A program made the translations under genes and the position numbers. Of a DNA stretch of 64,000 bases, positions 33,516 to 43,542 are shown piece after piece. The notes under the pieces were generated by a model. It was not told the origin of the DNA. It saw only the letters and a program-made list of their open reading frames with translations, and did no database searches. This stretch comes from a bacterium (GTDB taxonomy: Bacteria; Zhuqueibacterota; QNDG01; JAGLOF01): the NCBI GenBank assembly GCA_016934955.1, contig JAFGRY010000005.1, positions 27,967 to 91,966 on the forward strand. Reading direction: 5' to 3'. Every line of letters begins with the position of its first letter. Position 1 is the first letter of the stretch.

Positions 33516-36500
33516 TCAATGCATGACGGCGCATTTCTTTACCGTTCTCGTGCGCCGGCCGCCGGTTTCAGCCTGGAAGACGACCAGGTACAATCCACTG
33601 CCTACTTTACGTCCCTCCGTATCGTCGCCGTCCCATCGATGCAGATACTCCCCTGCTCCCCGGTTGCCGTTCCAGATGCTCCGGACGGTCCTGCCGATGC
33701 TGTTGAGAACAGTAATCCGGACGCGGGCGGAAGCTGAAAGACGATACGAGAGCCAGGTTGCCTCTCCTGATGCCCCCGGTACCGCCGGATTGGGGAACGG
33801 CTCATCCACCGACATCAGCGGTAATTCACTCTCACTCTCTCCATTCCCGGGTTCATCCCCCACACCGCGGGCCTCGAGACCGAACCAGACAGTCCTGCCG
33901 GCCGTCTGATCGATCTCTATTTCAAAGAAATCCCCGTTCCCTTTTTCATAGAGATAGCCGGTGCCGGCACCATTCCCGCGCTCATCCAGGGGATAGACGA
34001 GCAGCGTATCCGCGCTGATGCCGAGACGCAGCCTGCACGACTCGGGTTTCATTGTCACGGGTTCGGATCCCCACCGGTCATGCACCGTCCCTGTTCCATC
34101 CCATATCATACCGTGATTCTGGGCCCTGCTCGAGAGGGTCAGCAAAGAAAACGGCGCCGATGCGAGGGGATCGCCGGAGAGAGAGAGCCAGGTGAGCGTG
34201 AAGAAACCGCTGGCTTCCTGTATCTGCATGATCCCCGCCTCTCCCCCTGAGAAAGAGTCGAGATAGCCGGCAGCCGCGATGAACGCCGGGGAGACAGCGG
34301 TAAAGACACCCGCTCCGGGATCCCAGTTAAGCTGACCCGTATCTGATGTCCAGGGCGGCCCGGCAGGCGATAGCGCGGACATGCCGCCGGAAGCGGCCTC
34401 CGCGGCTGTAAACGATGCGTTCCGGACCGCGTGTTCCAGGGCCAGCTGCCGGGGAAATGTCTCCGGCCCTGTCCAGGACATGGCATCGTGTTTGGGCAGG
34501 AGCAGAATATCGTCTTCCGTATACCGCAGCTCGATCGTTTCGACCGCGGTCGTGATGAGTCCGTTACGGAAGGCGGCGGCGCAGGACGGCATCAGGGACA
34601 TCATGGCCGGATTGCGCTGAATATCAAAAAATCCTTCGATCAGATCCGCTTCCCAGGAACCGTTATCTCCCGCATAGTCGAACATTAAAAGACCGTCGAG
34701 ATCGTGAAACGACCCGTAGGCGGCAAGGAACAGCGGGCCTTCCGTCTGAAAACGGTTGGGGAAAGCATGATTGTATTCACTGATGATGAACGGCTTGTCC
34801 GTGCTTCCCACTCCTCCCATCAGGAGAGGAATAGTGCCCCCCTGGAAAGATGTGACCATCGGCTCATTGGCGATCAGCCAGTCCGTGGGCGACCAGGGGG
34901 CGTCGGGAAAAGAGGGGTGGTCCCAGTACCCGTGATTGTCGATAATGTCACATATCGACTGCACCACGAGATCCGCCGGCCCCACATTCCAGTTCGTGCC
35001 GATAATCGGCACCTTCACACCGAGATCATTCTTCAGGTAGTCGTACATATCGGCGAAAAAATCATTCTGCAACGCCAGATAAAACATGCTCATATCGCGC
35101 ACCCGGCCGTCGCTGTACACAAGGGCGTCACTGTAATCGATTCTCTTAATATTCTCCGATGCAAACGATTCGTCATCACCCAGGCCCCTGATGCTACTTG
35201 TCCGCAGCGAAATGAGATCGAACCAGAAAGTGCCGATGCTGCCGCCAAGCTGAAAACTGAGCCGGACATCCCCCGTGTTGGTTTCGGGAGCCTTGAAACT
35301 GAATGTATAGGCCTGCCACTGATCAAAAACATCGAAGCTGAATGTCCCGTACATGGTCCAGGGAGCGGTCTCCTTCATGAGGCTGACCGCCGGTGATTTG
35401 GGGCCGTCGCTTCGCGCGAGGAAGGACAGTGTGTACACACTGTCCTGTTCCAGAGAGAGTCCGGCCTGTTTCCACTGCACGTGCCAGGATGTTCCGTTGG
35501 CTGCCTGCACACTCAATTTCGCCGACACGGTCCCTTCCCCGGGATCGGCGGCGTCGACCGCCATGACGGCTGCGGCGCCTTCATGCTCTTCCAGCTGCCA
35601 CCGCCTGAGATTTGGATTGTTTTCAAAACTGCCGCGATAGACGAGTTCCTCTCCCTCTCCCGCGGATACTGCAGACCGCCAGGCGGTCCGCAGCGAATCG
35701 GTCGAGGGATAGCGGGCCGTCAAATACTCTCTCCAGAGGATGTCCAGCATCAGATCATGCCGGTCGATCAGGTCACCACCCTCACGCTGCGGTTTCAAAG
35801 CATCATCCCGCCACATGCGATAGAGTGAATTTTCATTGACGATCTCCACCATGGCCATGACCGGATCGTCGACCAGGGCGGTACCCGTATACGGGGAGAT
35901 GCCCGTCAGCAGAGCGGCCGCATACTCTTTCTGCAGGGCAATCAACTGCGGATCAAAAAGGGTTACCCCTTTACCGTAATTGAGAATATCTTCAGCATCG
36001 GCCACTCCGTCTGTTTCACTGAATGTGCGGCTCACATGTAGATTGATATTCGCATAAACGCCGTTCCTCCGCAGCTGATACAGCAGGTAGCGCACCCTGT
36101 CGAGCATTTCCGGATCGAGCTGCCGTGTTCCGTTTCCGGGTGCGAAAATATGGTCTCCCCAGGGATTGTCCATATGATGAAACCGGACAAGATTGAATCC
36201 CATTTTTCGCATGCGGCCTGCGATAGAGGCTGCGTCATCTTTTTGCGGGAAACAGGCTCCGGCCGAGAGATTGGTGCCGAAAAACCTGATCCGCTCCCCG
36301 GAACGCCGGAAATGGCCAAGGGGACCGATACTGATGGCATCCTCATCGCTGAGGAACCGCTGTTCAAATGAAGGCAAGAAATCACCGGGAATCGTATCCC
36401 GGGGCGGCAGGTAAAACCTGAATCCGCCGCTGAAATTCTGGGCCGAAAGGGGAGCCGTTATCACCTGCAGCAGAAAAAGACAGCGCAGCACCTGCCGCAT

Positions 36501-36536
36501 ACGCACCGGTGTTAGCCTTTCGGACAGCTTATTCAT
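33516..36536 (-). CDS. Clan GH-A (GH5-like) glycoside hydrolase with inserted CBM4/9-like module and T9SS C-terminal sorting domain
   Basis: 1006 aa with a signal peptide. The TIM-barrel start reads IRFFGTNLS..MGFNLVRFHHMDNPWG. Candidate catalytic residues are VEIVNENS (acid/base) and PFIISEYNH (nucleophile). A CBM-like insert is present (GSFENNPNLRRWQLEEHEGAAA..WHVQWKQAGLSLEQDSVYTLSFLARS). The CTD reads PFPNPAV..RITVLNSIGRTV..GLYLVVFQ. Confidence 0.6.
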   Translation of the reverse strand: MNKLSERLTPVRMRQVLRCLFLLQVITAPLSAQNFSGGFRFYLPPRDTIPGDFLPSFEQRFLSDEDAISIGPLGHFRRSGERIRFFGTNLSAGACFPQKDDAASIAGRMRKMGFNLVRFHHMDNPWGDHIFAPGNGTRQLDPEMLDRVRYLLYQLRRNGVYANINLHVSRTFSETDGVADAEDILNYGKGVTLFDPQLIALQKEYAAALLTGISPYTGTALVDDPVMAMVEIVNENSLYRMWRDDALKPQREGGDLIDRHDLMLDILWREYLTARYPSTDSLRTAWRSAVSAGEGEELVYRGSFENNPNLRRWQLEEHEGAAAVMAVDAADPGEGTVSAKLSVQAANGTSWHVQWKQAGLSLEQDSVYTLSFLARSDGPKSPAVSLMKETAPWTMYGTFSFDVFDQWQAYTFSFKAPETNTGDVRLSFQLGGSIGTFWFDLISLRTSSIRGLGDDESFASENIKRIDYSDALVYSDGRVRDMSMFYLALQNDFFADMYDYLKNDLGVKVPIIGTNWNVGPADLVVQSICDIIDNHGYWDHPSFPDAPWSPTDWLIANEPMVTSFQGGTIPLLMGGVGSTDKPFIISEYNHAFPNRFQTEGPLFLAAYGSFHDLDGLLMFDYAGDNGSWEADLIEGFFDIQRNPAMMSLMPSCAAAFRNGLITTAVETIELRYTEDDILLLPKHDAMSWTGPETFPRQLALEHAVRNASFTAAEAASGGMSALSPAGPPWTSDTGQLNWDPGAGVFTAVSPAFIAAAGYLDSFSGGEAGIMQIQEASGFFTLTWLSLSGDPLASAPFSLLTLSSRAQNHGMIWDGTGTVHDRWGSEPVTMKPESCRLRLGISADTLLVYPLDERGNGAGTGYLYEKGNGDFFEIEIDQTAGRTVWFGLEARGVGDEPGNGESESELPLMSVDEPFPNPAVPGASGEATWLSYRLSASARVRITVLNSIGRTVRSIWNGNRGAGEYLHRWDGDDTEGRKVGSGLYLVVFQAETGGRRTRTVKKCAVMH

Positions 36537-38361
36537 ACGTCAATCCGAAGCCATACGGAAAGAGCGGATTGTAGACGCCGTCTCCCTCATTCACGGGTAT
36601 CTGGGCCATATTCAGCGGCCATGAGTGAGAAAGGGTGCCCGTGGGCGCGACATCCCCGAACAGCACATCCGCAACGCCTCTTCCCTCGGTTCCCGGCAGC
36701 CAGGCGGCGATCAGCCCGTCACAGTCGTCGAGTATCTCCTCCAGAATCATCGGCCGTCCCGAGACGAGAACCGCCACCACCGGCACGCCGGCCTGTTTGA
36801 GCCGTTTGACCGTGGTTACATCCGCATCGCTCAGAGAAAGATCCGCCCTGTCCCCTGCTCCCTCGGCATAGGGATCCTCTCCGATCACAGCAACGGCGAT
36901 GTCGCTTCCCGCCGCTCCGCTTCCGTCCGGGCTGTAGGTGACCACGGTTCCGGCCGGAGCACGCTGAGCGATGCCGCGGTAAATCGTCGTGCCGATGGTA
37001 ATAGGACCGCGACCGCCCTGCCAGCTGATCGTCCAGCCGCCGCACTGGGCGCCGATGTCATCCGCGTTCCGGCCCGCCACATGAATTCTTGTCTCCGAGC
37101 CGGTAAACGGCAGCCTCCCGCCGTCGTTTTTCAGCAGGACCAGTGACTGCCGCACGCAGCGACGGGCCACCTCCCGGTGAGCCGCGGATCCGATATGCAT
37201 AATCTCCGTACGGTCCGCAAAAGGCGCTTCAAACAGGCCGAAACGGAATTTGATCCTGAGAATTCTGCTCACCGCGTCATCGATCCGCTCCATGGGAACC
37301 CGTCCCTGATCGACCAGCGTGTCGAGGGCGGTGATGAACTCTCTGTATCGTGTGGGCACCATCACCATATCGATGCCGGCGTTGATCGCCTGTTCCACAT
37401 CTTCCTCGTACCCGCCGGAAAGCTGGTCGATGCCGGCCCAGTCGGAAACGACGAAACCGTCGAATCCGAGTTCGCCTTTCAGCACATCGGTGAGCAGGTA
37501 ACGGCTGCCGTGCATTTTCACCCCGTTCCAGCTGCTGTAGGAGGCCATGACCGTTCCCGCTCCCGCCCTCACCGCCGCCTCGTACCCGGGCAGGTGGATC
37601 GCACGCAATTCAGCCTCGCTGACCACGGTATTGCCCTGGTCGTCCCCGCCCAGGGTGCCGCCGTCGCCGAGAAAATGTTTCGGGCAGGCGACGATCCGGC
37701 CGGGCTCACCGGGAATCACTCCCTGGAGTCCCTCAACCGCGGCCGCGGCCATCATCTCCGCCAGCTCGGGAGTCTCACCGAAGCCCTCGTAAGTGCGGCC
37801 CCAGCGTTCATCTCTGACAACCGCGATGCAGGGGGAGAACGTCCAGTGAATGCCGGTTCCCGACACCTCGGCGGCGGTGACCTCAGCCGCTTCCCGCACG
37901 AGGTCCGGATCGCGGGTGCATCCCATTCCGATGTTATGGGGAAATATCACGGCTCCGTACACATTGTTGTGGCCGTGCACGGCGTCGATCCCGTATATGA
38001 GAGGGATGGCCAGTCGTGTCTGCAGCGCCTGCTGCTGAAATCCATCGGTCATGTCTGCCCAGGCGCTTGCGTTGTTGGCGCCCGGGCTCGACCCGCCGCC
38101 GCTGAGCACCGATCCCAGAAACAGGGTGCGAATATCGCTGACCTGATAGAGGGCGCCCCGTTCAGCCTGGGTCATCTGACCGATCTTCTCCTGCAGCGTC
38201 ATCCGGGAAAGCAGGTCAGCAACCCGCTCCTCCACACCGGCGGCCGGATTCATATAATCGGTTCTGCCGTCCCGGGGGCCGGTCGCGTTATTGTCGAAAA
38301 TGCATGCCGGAATGAACAGCAAGCCAAGCAGCAGCGCACATAAAAGCAGCGTTCTCATCAC
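36529..38361 (-). CDS. GH3 exo-beta-glucanase/beta-glucosidase (plant ExoI-like), lipoprotein
   Basis: 610 aa with signal/lipobox LLFIPAC. GH3 strings include MTLQEKIGQMTQ, IPLIYGIDAVHGHNN, ERWGRTYEGFGE, KHFLGDGGT and GFVVSDWAGI. Its stop overlaps the next gene start by 8 nt. Confidence 0.9.
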   Translation of the reverse strand: MMRTLLLCALLLGLLFIPACIFDNNATGPRDGRTDYMNPAAGVEERVADLLSRMTLQEKIGQMTQAERGALYQVSDIRTLFLGSVLSGGGSSPGANNASAWADMTDGFQQQALQTRLAIPLIYGIDAVHGHNNVYGAVIFPHNIGMGCTRDPDLVREAAEVTAAEVSGTGIHWTFSPCIAVVRDERWGRTYEGFGETPELAEMMAAAAVEGLQGVIPGEPGRIVACPKHFLGDGGTLGGDDQGNTVVSEAELRAIHLPGYEAAVRAGAGTVMASYSSWNGVKMHGSRYLLTDVLKGELGFDGFVVSDWAGIDQLSGGYEEDVEQAINAGIDMVMVPTRYREFITALDTLVDQGRVPMERIDDAVSRILRIKFRFGLFEAPFADRTEIMHIGSAAHREVARRCVRQSLVLLKNDGGRLPFTGSETRIHVAGRNADDIGAQCGGWTISWQGGRGPITIGTTIYRGIAQRAPAGTVVTYSPDGSGAAGSDIAVAVIGEDPYAEGAGDRADLSLSDADVTTVKRLKQAGVPVVAVLVSGRPMILEEILDDCDGLIAAWLPGTEGRGVADVLFGDVAPTGTLSHSWPLNMAQIPVNEGDGVYNPLFPYGFGLTYE

Positions 38362-38370
38362 AGGCAGAAA

Positions 38371-40377
38371 TCACTCCACACAGGTCATCGTAAAAGCCGC
38401 GGACTTTCCGCCGCTCTCAAGCCGCGACACATACACACCGGACGCCACCGGCCTGCGCTCCATGTCAGTCCCATCCCACTGGAACACGGTGATGCCGGTG
38501 CCGCCGGCCTCCGCCGGTGAGAGGTCCTTGACCAGACCGCCGGTGACACTGTAAATTTTCAGCGTGAACTCAGCCGGTTCTCTGACGATCACCGGGATGC
38601 GTACCGTTCGCTGAAAGGGGTTGGGATAGGGACGGCCCAGGGATATATTGTCGTTGAGCTCGGAGAACGGCGCTTTCCCTTTTCCGCTTTCCAGAACTGA
38701 AAATCGCAGATAGTTGATATTGAACCCGCCCTGGATGATCTGGAGGGTCAGCTGACGGGTGCCGGAGACCAGCGACGCGGAGCCGAGCGTCACCGTTCGC
38801 CAGGTCTGGAATCCGCCGCTGGCGGGGATGGAGACCACTCCGGAGATATCCTCACCGTCAAGCAGCAGACGGCACTCCCCTCCCCCCTGTGCCGCCGCGG
38901 TCCTGATCTCCACTGCATATTCGCCGGTCACCGCTATCTGCACGGTGTAGGTCAGCCACTCACCGTCCTCGGTCCACCCCACATTGTAACCCGTCCCCCC
39001 GGCGTCTGCACACACTTCCAGGTCCACACCGTCGTTGCGATACGTCCAGCCCCGGTTCCACACACCGCCCCCCGGACCACCGGTGTTCTGATAATCAGCG
39101 TCGGAATAGGCCACACCGTTGCTCCCGAAATCGTAATCTTCCGCGGGGATGACACCCGGAATGATGTGGGCCCTGAACGGGGAAGAATCGGAATCGAAGG
39201 AATCACTGAACAGCGCTTCGAGCACGCCGGGACGATCCTGACAATTATCCAGCTCGAGGGCCTCGGTCAGGTCGGACAAACCGGCCACCGCCATCTCCTG
39301 CGTCGGTCTGCCGCCCTGCCCCTGCCAGTAAGCGAGAATCCGCTGGTAGCCCGCCGGAATCACCGCCGACAGGGGACTGGTGAGGGTCGATACTTTCTTG
39401 TGGGTCCACCAGCACCAGCCGATGCCGTTCTCTTCCAGCAGATCCACACAGTCGCTGAACCAGGTATTGGAATTCTCACCGGACTCGCCCATCCAGAGCG
39501 GCACCGTATACGCCGTGCTGAGATCAAGATAGTCCTGAATGCTCGCCTTGCTGTTCCGGTTCCAGTACTTGTGAAAGCTGAGGACCATATTGTCGTCAAG
39601 CAGAGGGAAAAGCCCGGTAAAATCGGTGGCGTACCAGTTCCCCTCAATGAAGACGATATGGTTGGTGTCGACTTCCCGGATCGCCGCGGTGATATCCATG
39701 TACAGTTTTCGCAGGTAATACGCAGAAACTCCCGAGGGCAGGACCGGTTCGTTGATCAGATCATAGCCGCCGATCCACGGTTCATCGCTGTAACGGTCGG
39801 CGATGATTTTCCAGAGGGCAATGGTGCGCTGCTTATTCGCCTCATCGGTCCAGAGGCGCGCCTCGATACCGTCGGAATCACTGATGTTATCCTTGTTCTG
39901 TCCGCCGGGAGCACAGTGCAGGTCGAGAATGAGATAGAGCTCCGACCGCTCGCACCATGCAAGCAGCCGGTCTATAATTTCGAACCCTTCCTCGAGAATG
40001 ACATCAGGCTGAGCCTCCGGCGAGAGAAGCCGGTAATTGAAGGGAATACGGATCGAGTTGAACCCCCAGGCCGCAATGCGCTGGATATCGGCCTCGGTCA
40101 CGTACGCATCCCGGTATCGTTCCCAGAACAGCCGCGCCTCCTCTGTTCCAACCAGTGCCTCGACCTTCGATTCAATATCCGAGGGCGAACCGAATCCGGG
40201 TATGTGCAGCTGATAGCCTTCAGGGACAAGCCAGCCGCCGAGTCCCATACCTCTCAGCAGCACGGGTTGTCCCATGCCGTCGACAATCTCCTTTCCGCTC
40301 ACGGAAAGATATTGGCTGTACCCGGGTGAATTGAAAATAAGAAGAATAACGGAGAAGAGCACTACTCTCTTCTTCAT
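38371..40377 (-). CDS. GH5 beta-glucanase with CBM6 and T9SS C-terminal sorting domain
   Basis: 668 aa with a signal peptide. GH5 motifs include NSIRIPFNY, LDLHCAPGGQN, GYDLINEP (acid/base) and WMGESGE (nucleophile). The CBM6 reads IPAEDYDF..GYNVGWTEDGEWLTYTV..GGFQTWRTV. The CTD reads PYPNPFQRTVRIP..LKIYSVTGGLV..GVYVSRL. Confidence 0.85.
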   Translation of the reverse strand: MKKRVVLFSVILLIFNSPGYSQYLSVSGKEIVDGMGQPVLLRGMGLGGWLVPEGYQLHIPGFGSPSDIESKVEALVGTEEARLFWERYRDAYVTEADIQRIAAWGFNSIRIPFNYRLLSPEAQPDVILEEGFEIIDRLLAWCERSELYLILDLHCAPGGQNKDNISDSDGIEARLWTDEANKQRTIALWKIIADRYSDEPWIGGYDLINEPVLPSGVSAYYLRKLYMDITAAIREVDTNHIVFIEGNWYATDFTGLFPLLDDNMVLSFHKYWNRNSKASIQDYLDLSTAYTVPLWMGESGENSNTWFSDCVDLLEENGIGWCWWTHKKVSTLTSPLSAVIPAGYQRILAYWQGQGGRPTQEMAVAGLSDLTEALELDNCQDRPGVLEALFSDSFDSDSSPFRAHIIPGVIPAEDYDFGSNGVAYSDADYQNTGGPGGGVWNRGWTYRNDGVDLEVCADAGGTGYNVGWTEDGEWLTYTVQIAVTGEYAVEIRTAAAQGGGECRLLLDGEDISGVVSIPASGGFQTWRTVTLGSASLVSGTRQLTLQIIQGGFNINYLRFSVLESGKGKAPFSELNDNISLGRPYPNPFQRTVRIPVIVREPAEFTLKIYSVTGGLVKDLSPAEAGGTGITVFQWDGTDMERRPVASGVYVSRLESGGKSAAFTMTCVE

Positions 40378-40552
40378 ACGACCGCCTTAATGAATATTCG
40401 CTGTTTAAATAATGATACAGTCTCAAGAATCAAGCCAGATCTCGAGACTTTTCACAACTTCCGGTATATCATAAAGATAGGAGGAATAGGCAGGAAGGGA
40501 CAGAGCACCATTCGTTATTAAATTGATAATGCCGTTATCAAAACAAGAACAG

Positions 40553-40565
40553 CCGCGGGACGCGG
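40553..40565 (-). terminator. Weak terminator-like hairpin after the response-regulator gene
   Basis: On the minus strand CCGCG-TCC-CGCGG is followed by CTGTTCTTGTTTTG, about 25 nt beyond the stop at 40589. The stem is only 5 bp. Confidence 0.25.
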
Positions 40566-40588
40566 GGCCGAACGCAGAAGGACACCGG

Positions 40589-42043
40589 TTATTTCAACCC
40601 GAGTTCTTTGCACATTCTGTAGTAATTGGGAGGAGCGAGTCCGAGCAGGCGGGCGGCTTCAGCATCGGACTGAACCCTGTTTCGCACATGCAGGAAATAC
40701 TGGCGCCGAAAACCCCGTTCCATATCACGCAGAGGGGCCAGCGCATTGTCGGGAATCTTGAACGAGATATCCTCTTGCTCCTCCCTTGAACCGGAGACAA
40801 TGCCGAGCGCGCTGTTCACGTCATCGAGGGTAATCGTGCCTTCACTTATAATGAGCAGCCGCTGCACCACGTTCTGCAGTTCCCGGACATTGCCGGGCCA
40901 GGCATAGCCAAGCAGCGCCCGCCTTGCATCAGGAGTCATTGTGGAAGCGCTGCGGTCAAGGGTGAGCGAATAGAAGGAGAGAAAATGTTCTATGAGAAGG
41001 CCGATATCACCCTCCCGGCCCCGCAGCGGAGGGGCGTGAAGGGAAACGACGTTGAGCCGGTAGTAGAGATCCTCCCGGAATCGCTTTTCCTTTATCTCCT
41101 TTTTCAGATCCTTGTTTGTAGCGGCAATGATCCGGACATCGACCTTTATTCTCTTTTTCCTGCCTATTTTGTCTATCTCTCCCTCCTGAAGCACTCGCAG
41201 CAGCGTGGACTGCACGGACATGGGCAGCTCGGAAATTTCATCGAGAAAAAGGGTCCCCTTGTCCGCCAATTCGAAAAATCCGGGTTTCTCCTTTCCCGCA
41301 CCGGTGAAAGATCCCTTTTCAAACCCGAACAGCTCGCTTTCTATCAGGTTGCCCGGCAGACTGCCGCAGTTTACCGCCAGAAAGGTCTCGAAGCGCCGGT
41401 CGCTCTGATAATGGATATTACTGGCTATCAGCTCTTTCCCGGTCCCCGATTCACCGCTCACCAGCACGTTCATGGAATGAAGGGCGTACTTTGCAATACT
41501 GGAACGCAGCTTTCTCATACTATCCGATTCTCCGATGATTCTCTTCTGCTCCAGAATGTCGTTCACCGACTGCTCGAGTTTGCTGTGCGCCTGCCGCTGT
41601 CGCTTTTCCAGCTGCCGCTTGTCGTACGCGTTGACGATACTGAGAACAAAGTCGGTTGGCTGGTAAATGAGGTTTTCAATATCGCCGGGATATTTGGTAC
41701 AGTACCACATGGCACCGGCGTCGAGGAGCCGGTTGGCAAAATCATAATCGGTCACATTGATGGTCATCTTGGTGACAACGATAATCTGAAGGGTGGCGTC
41801 GATTTCCCGGATCTTTCGAATAAGGCTTTCACCCCGCAGGCCGCCGGCGATTTGAAAATCCATAATGATCACATCATAGAAATCCGGCCTGGCTTCAATA
41901 AGATCGATGGCACCCATACCGTCAGCGACGATATCCTTGATATGGATGCGTTCACTGAAGGGTTCGAGGGTTTTGTGTATACGCTGAACGTCGAACGCTT
42001 CATCTTCTATGAGGAGAACGTGAATGGGTTTTTGATGCGCCAT
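40589..42043 (-). CDS. Sigma-54-dependent response regulator (NtrC-type enhancer-binding protein: REC + AAA+ + HTH)
   Basis: The likely start is MAHQKPIHVLLIEDE at 42043; the longer ORF-track N-terminus overlaps the kinase gene. REC domain has the acceptor Asp in VIIMDFQ. The AAA+ domain has Walker A GESGTGKE, a GAFTGA-type loop (FEKGSFTGAG), and RFREDLYYRLNV. A C-terminal Fis-type HTH is present (AARLLGLAPPNYYRMCKELG). Confidence 0.9.
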   Translation of the reverse strand: MAHQKPIHVLLIEDEAFDVQRIHKTLEPFSERIHIKDIVADGMGAIDLIEARPDFYDVIIMDFQIAGGLRGESLIRKIREIDATLQIIVVTKMTINVTDYDFANRLLDAGAMWYCTKYPGDIENLIYQPTDFVLSIVNAYDKRQLEKRQRQAHSKLEQSVNDILEQKRIIGESDSMRKLRSSIAKYALHSMNVLVSGESGTGKELIASNIHYQSDRRFETFLAVNCGSLPGNLIESELFGFEKGSFTGAGKEKPGFFELADKGTLFLDEISELPMSVQSTLLRVLQEGEIDKIGRKKRIKVDVRIIAATNKDLKKEIKEKRFREDLYYRLNVVSLHAPPLRGREGDIGLLIEHFLSFYSLTLDRSASTMTPDARRALLGYAWPGNVRELQNVVQRLLIISEGTITLDDVNSALGIVSGSREEQEDISFKIPDNALAPLRDMERGFRRQYFLHVRNRVQSDAEAARLLGLAPPNYYRMCKELGLK

Positions 42044-42059
42044 TGGGTGCCCGGTCCTT

Positions 42060-43526
42060 TCAGGAATGGGTGATGGTAATCGTGAAAACAGCCCCGCCGC
42101 CGTCCCGGTTGCCGGCTTCGATATCCCAGCCGCACCGCTCCTTGGCCAGCTCATAGGCAATATAGCAGCCGTACCCGTTGTTGTGGTGATCCTTTTTGGT
42201 GGATACGTGCTCGTTAAACAGCATCTGCACTCCCTGCTCATTACGATCGAGCAGATGACCGGCGATCCCGGTACCGTTATCTTCGATCACGAGTCTGCTT
42301 TTCCTCTGCTCCTTGTCGTGCCGGGTGGTCACGGTAATGGTGACCCTGTCCCGGCCGCTGTGATCGATACAGTTCTGGATCAGCGGCTCCAGAATTTCCC
42401 AGACTACGAACTCATTCACCTGCACCGCAGGCAGGTCACTGTCAAAATCAAGGGTGAATGTGAGATGGTCCGAAGCCCGGGTTGTGCGCTTAAAAAGCTT
42501 CTCGACCATAAATGTGACCACTTCGTTCAAATTCGTTGAAAACAGCTGGCTTCGTATTGTCTGCACTGGCGGATCGAACCATTTCATATCATAGATAACC
42601 CGGGAAATGAAATTCGCGTATTTCATCACCTGGTATTTGACGCTGTCGAGATTGTCGGTTGACAGCTCGCGCAGATCCTCTTTGATAAATCCCATGACCT
42701 TTTCGGCCTTGTGATGCGTATGATAGATCCTCTTCGTAAAGAGCGCTTCCTTCTCCTCCTTGATTTTACTCTCCCGGGCGTCGTAGAGGAGGCGCTGGGC
42801 CTCATCCCGTTCGCTGACCGTATAGGAACTGATGTAGAACATGCCCAGAAATCCAAAAAGGATGAGCGCGATGAAAATAATATTGGTTTGATTATAACTG
42901 TTCAATATTTCATTGGTGACAAAGCCAAAGGCCGGATTTGCCCGCAGATAAAACACGCCGCTGTACTCCCCCCGCAGCACAAAGGGAACGAAAACATGGA
43001 ACCTCTGGCTTCCTTCGGTGATCGTCACGATCTGTTCCGTCTTTCGTATCGACTCACGCTCTTCACGATATCTCGCCACGGCCATGCGGTGGCTGTCCGA
43101 CGCCGGTACCGGGACACCGCCGGTAAGGTAATCGAGAAGCCGTGTCCCGTCATCGATGGGAACAATGCGGTCCCTGCTTTCCAGAAGCAGCACCGCTTCC
43201 TCAACGTGCGGCTGCAGCAGCTGCTGGCTGAGAACGATATTGAAGGCCTGAATCACCTGCCGCTTTTCATCGTCGTTCAAATCGGCACCCGCCGTTACTT
43301 CCATCAGCAGTTCCAGGGAGGTCGCAGACATATTCGCCAGGCTGTTGATATAGTCCCGCTGATACCCTTCTCTCGTCTCGAGAAGAAACCGCTGAAGAGA
43401 AATCTTGTGAATGTAGGTGATCATCATCTGTGACAGCACCAGCACGACGAAAACGATGAGCAGATGCCGCAGCTCGAAATGATGCTTTTTAATCTGATCG
43501 ATGATGTGCTTTTGCTTTTTCTTCAT
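42060..43526 (-). CDS. Sensor histidine kinase with extracytoplasmic sensor domain
   Basis: 488 aa. Two TM segments (LLIVFVVLVLSQMMITYI; IIFIALILFGFLGMFYISSY) flank a ~170-aa loop. The C-terminal HATPase_c has N box EILEPLIQNCIDHS, G1 IEDNGTGI and G2 GYGCYIA. The His region is atypical (RIYHTHHKAEKV). Confidence 0.8.
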   Translation of the reverse strand: MKKKQKHIIDQIKKHHFELRHLLIVFVVLVLSQMMITYIHKISLQRFLLETREGYQRDYINSLANMSATSLELLMEVTAGADLNDDEKRQVIQAFNIVLSQQLLQPHVEEAVLLLESRDRIVPIDDGTRLLDYLTGGVPVPASDSHRMAVARYREERESIRKTEQIVTITEGSQRFHVFVPFVLRGEYSGVFYLRANPAFGFVTNEILNSYNQTNIIFIALILFGFLGMFYISSYTVSERDEAQRLLYDARESKIKEEKEALFTKRIYHTHHKAEKVMGFIKEDLRELSTDNLDSVKYQVMKYANFISRVIYDMKWFDPPVQTIRSQLFSTNLNEVVTFMVEKLFKRTTRASDHLTFTLDFDSDLPAVQVNEFVVWEILEPLIQNCIDHSGRDRVTITVTTRHDKEQRKSRLVIEDNGTGIAGHLLDRNEQGVQMLFNEHVSTKKDHHNNGYGCYIAYELAKERCGWDIEAGNRDGGGAVFTITITHS

Positions 43527-43542
43527 GCAGCACCCCGCTCCT

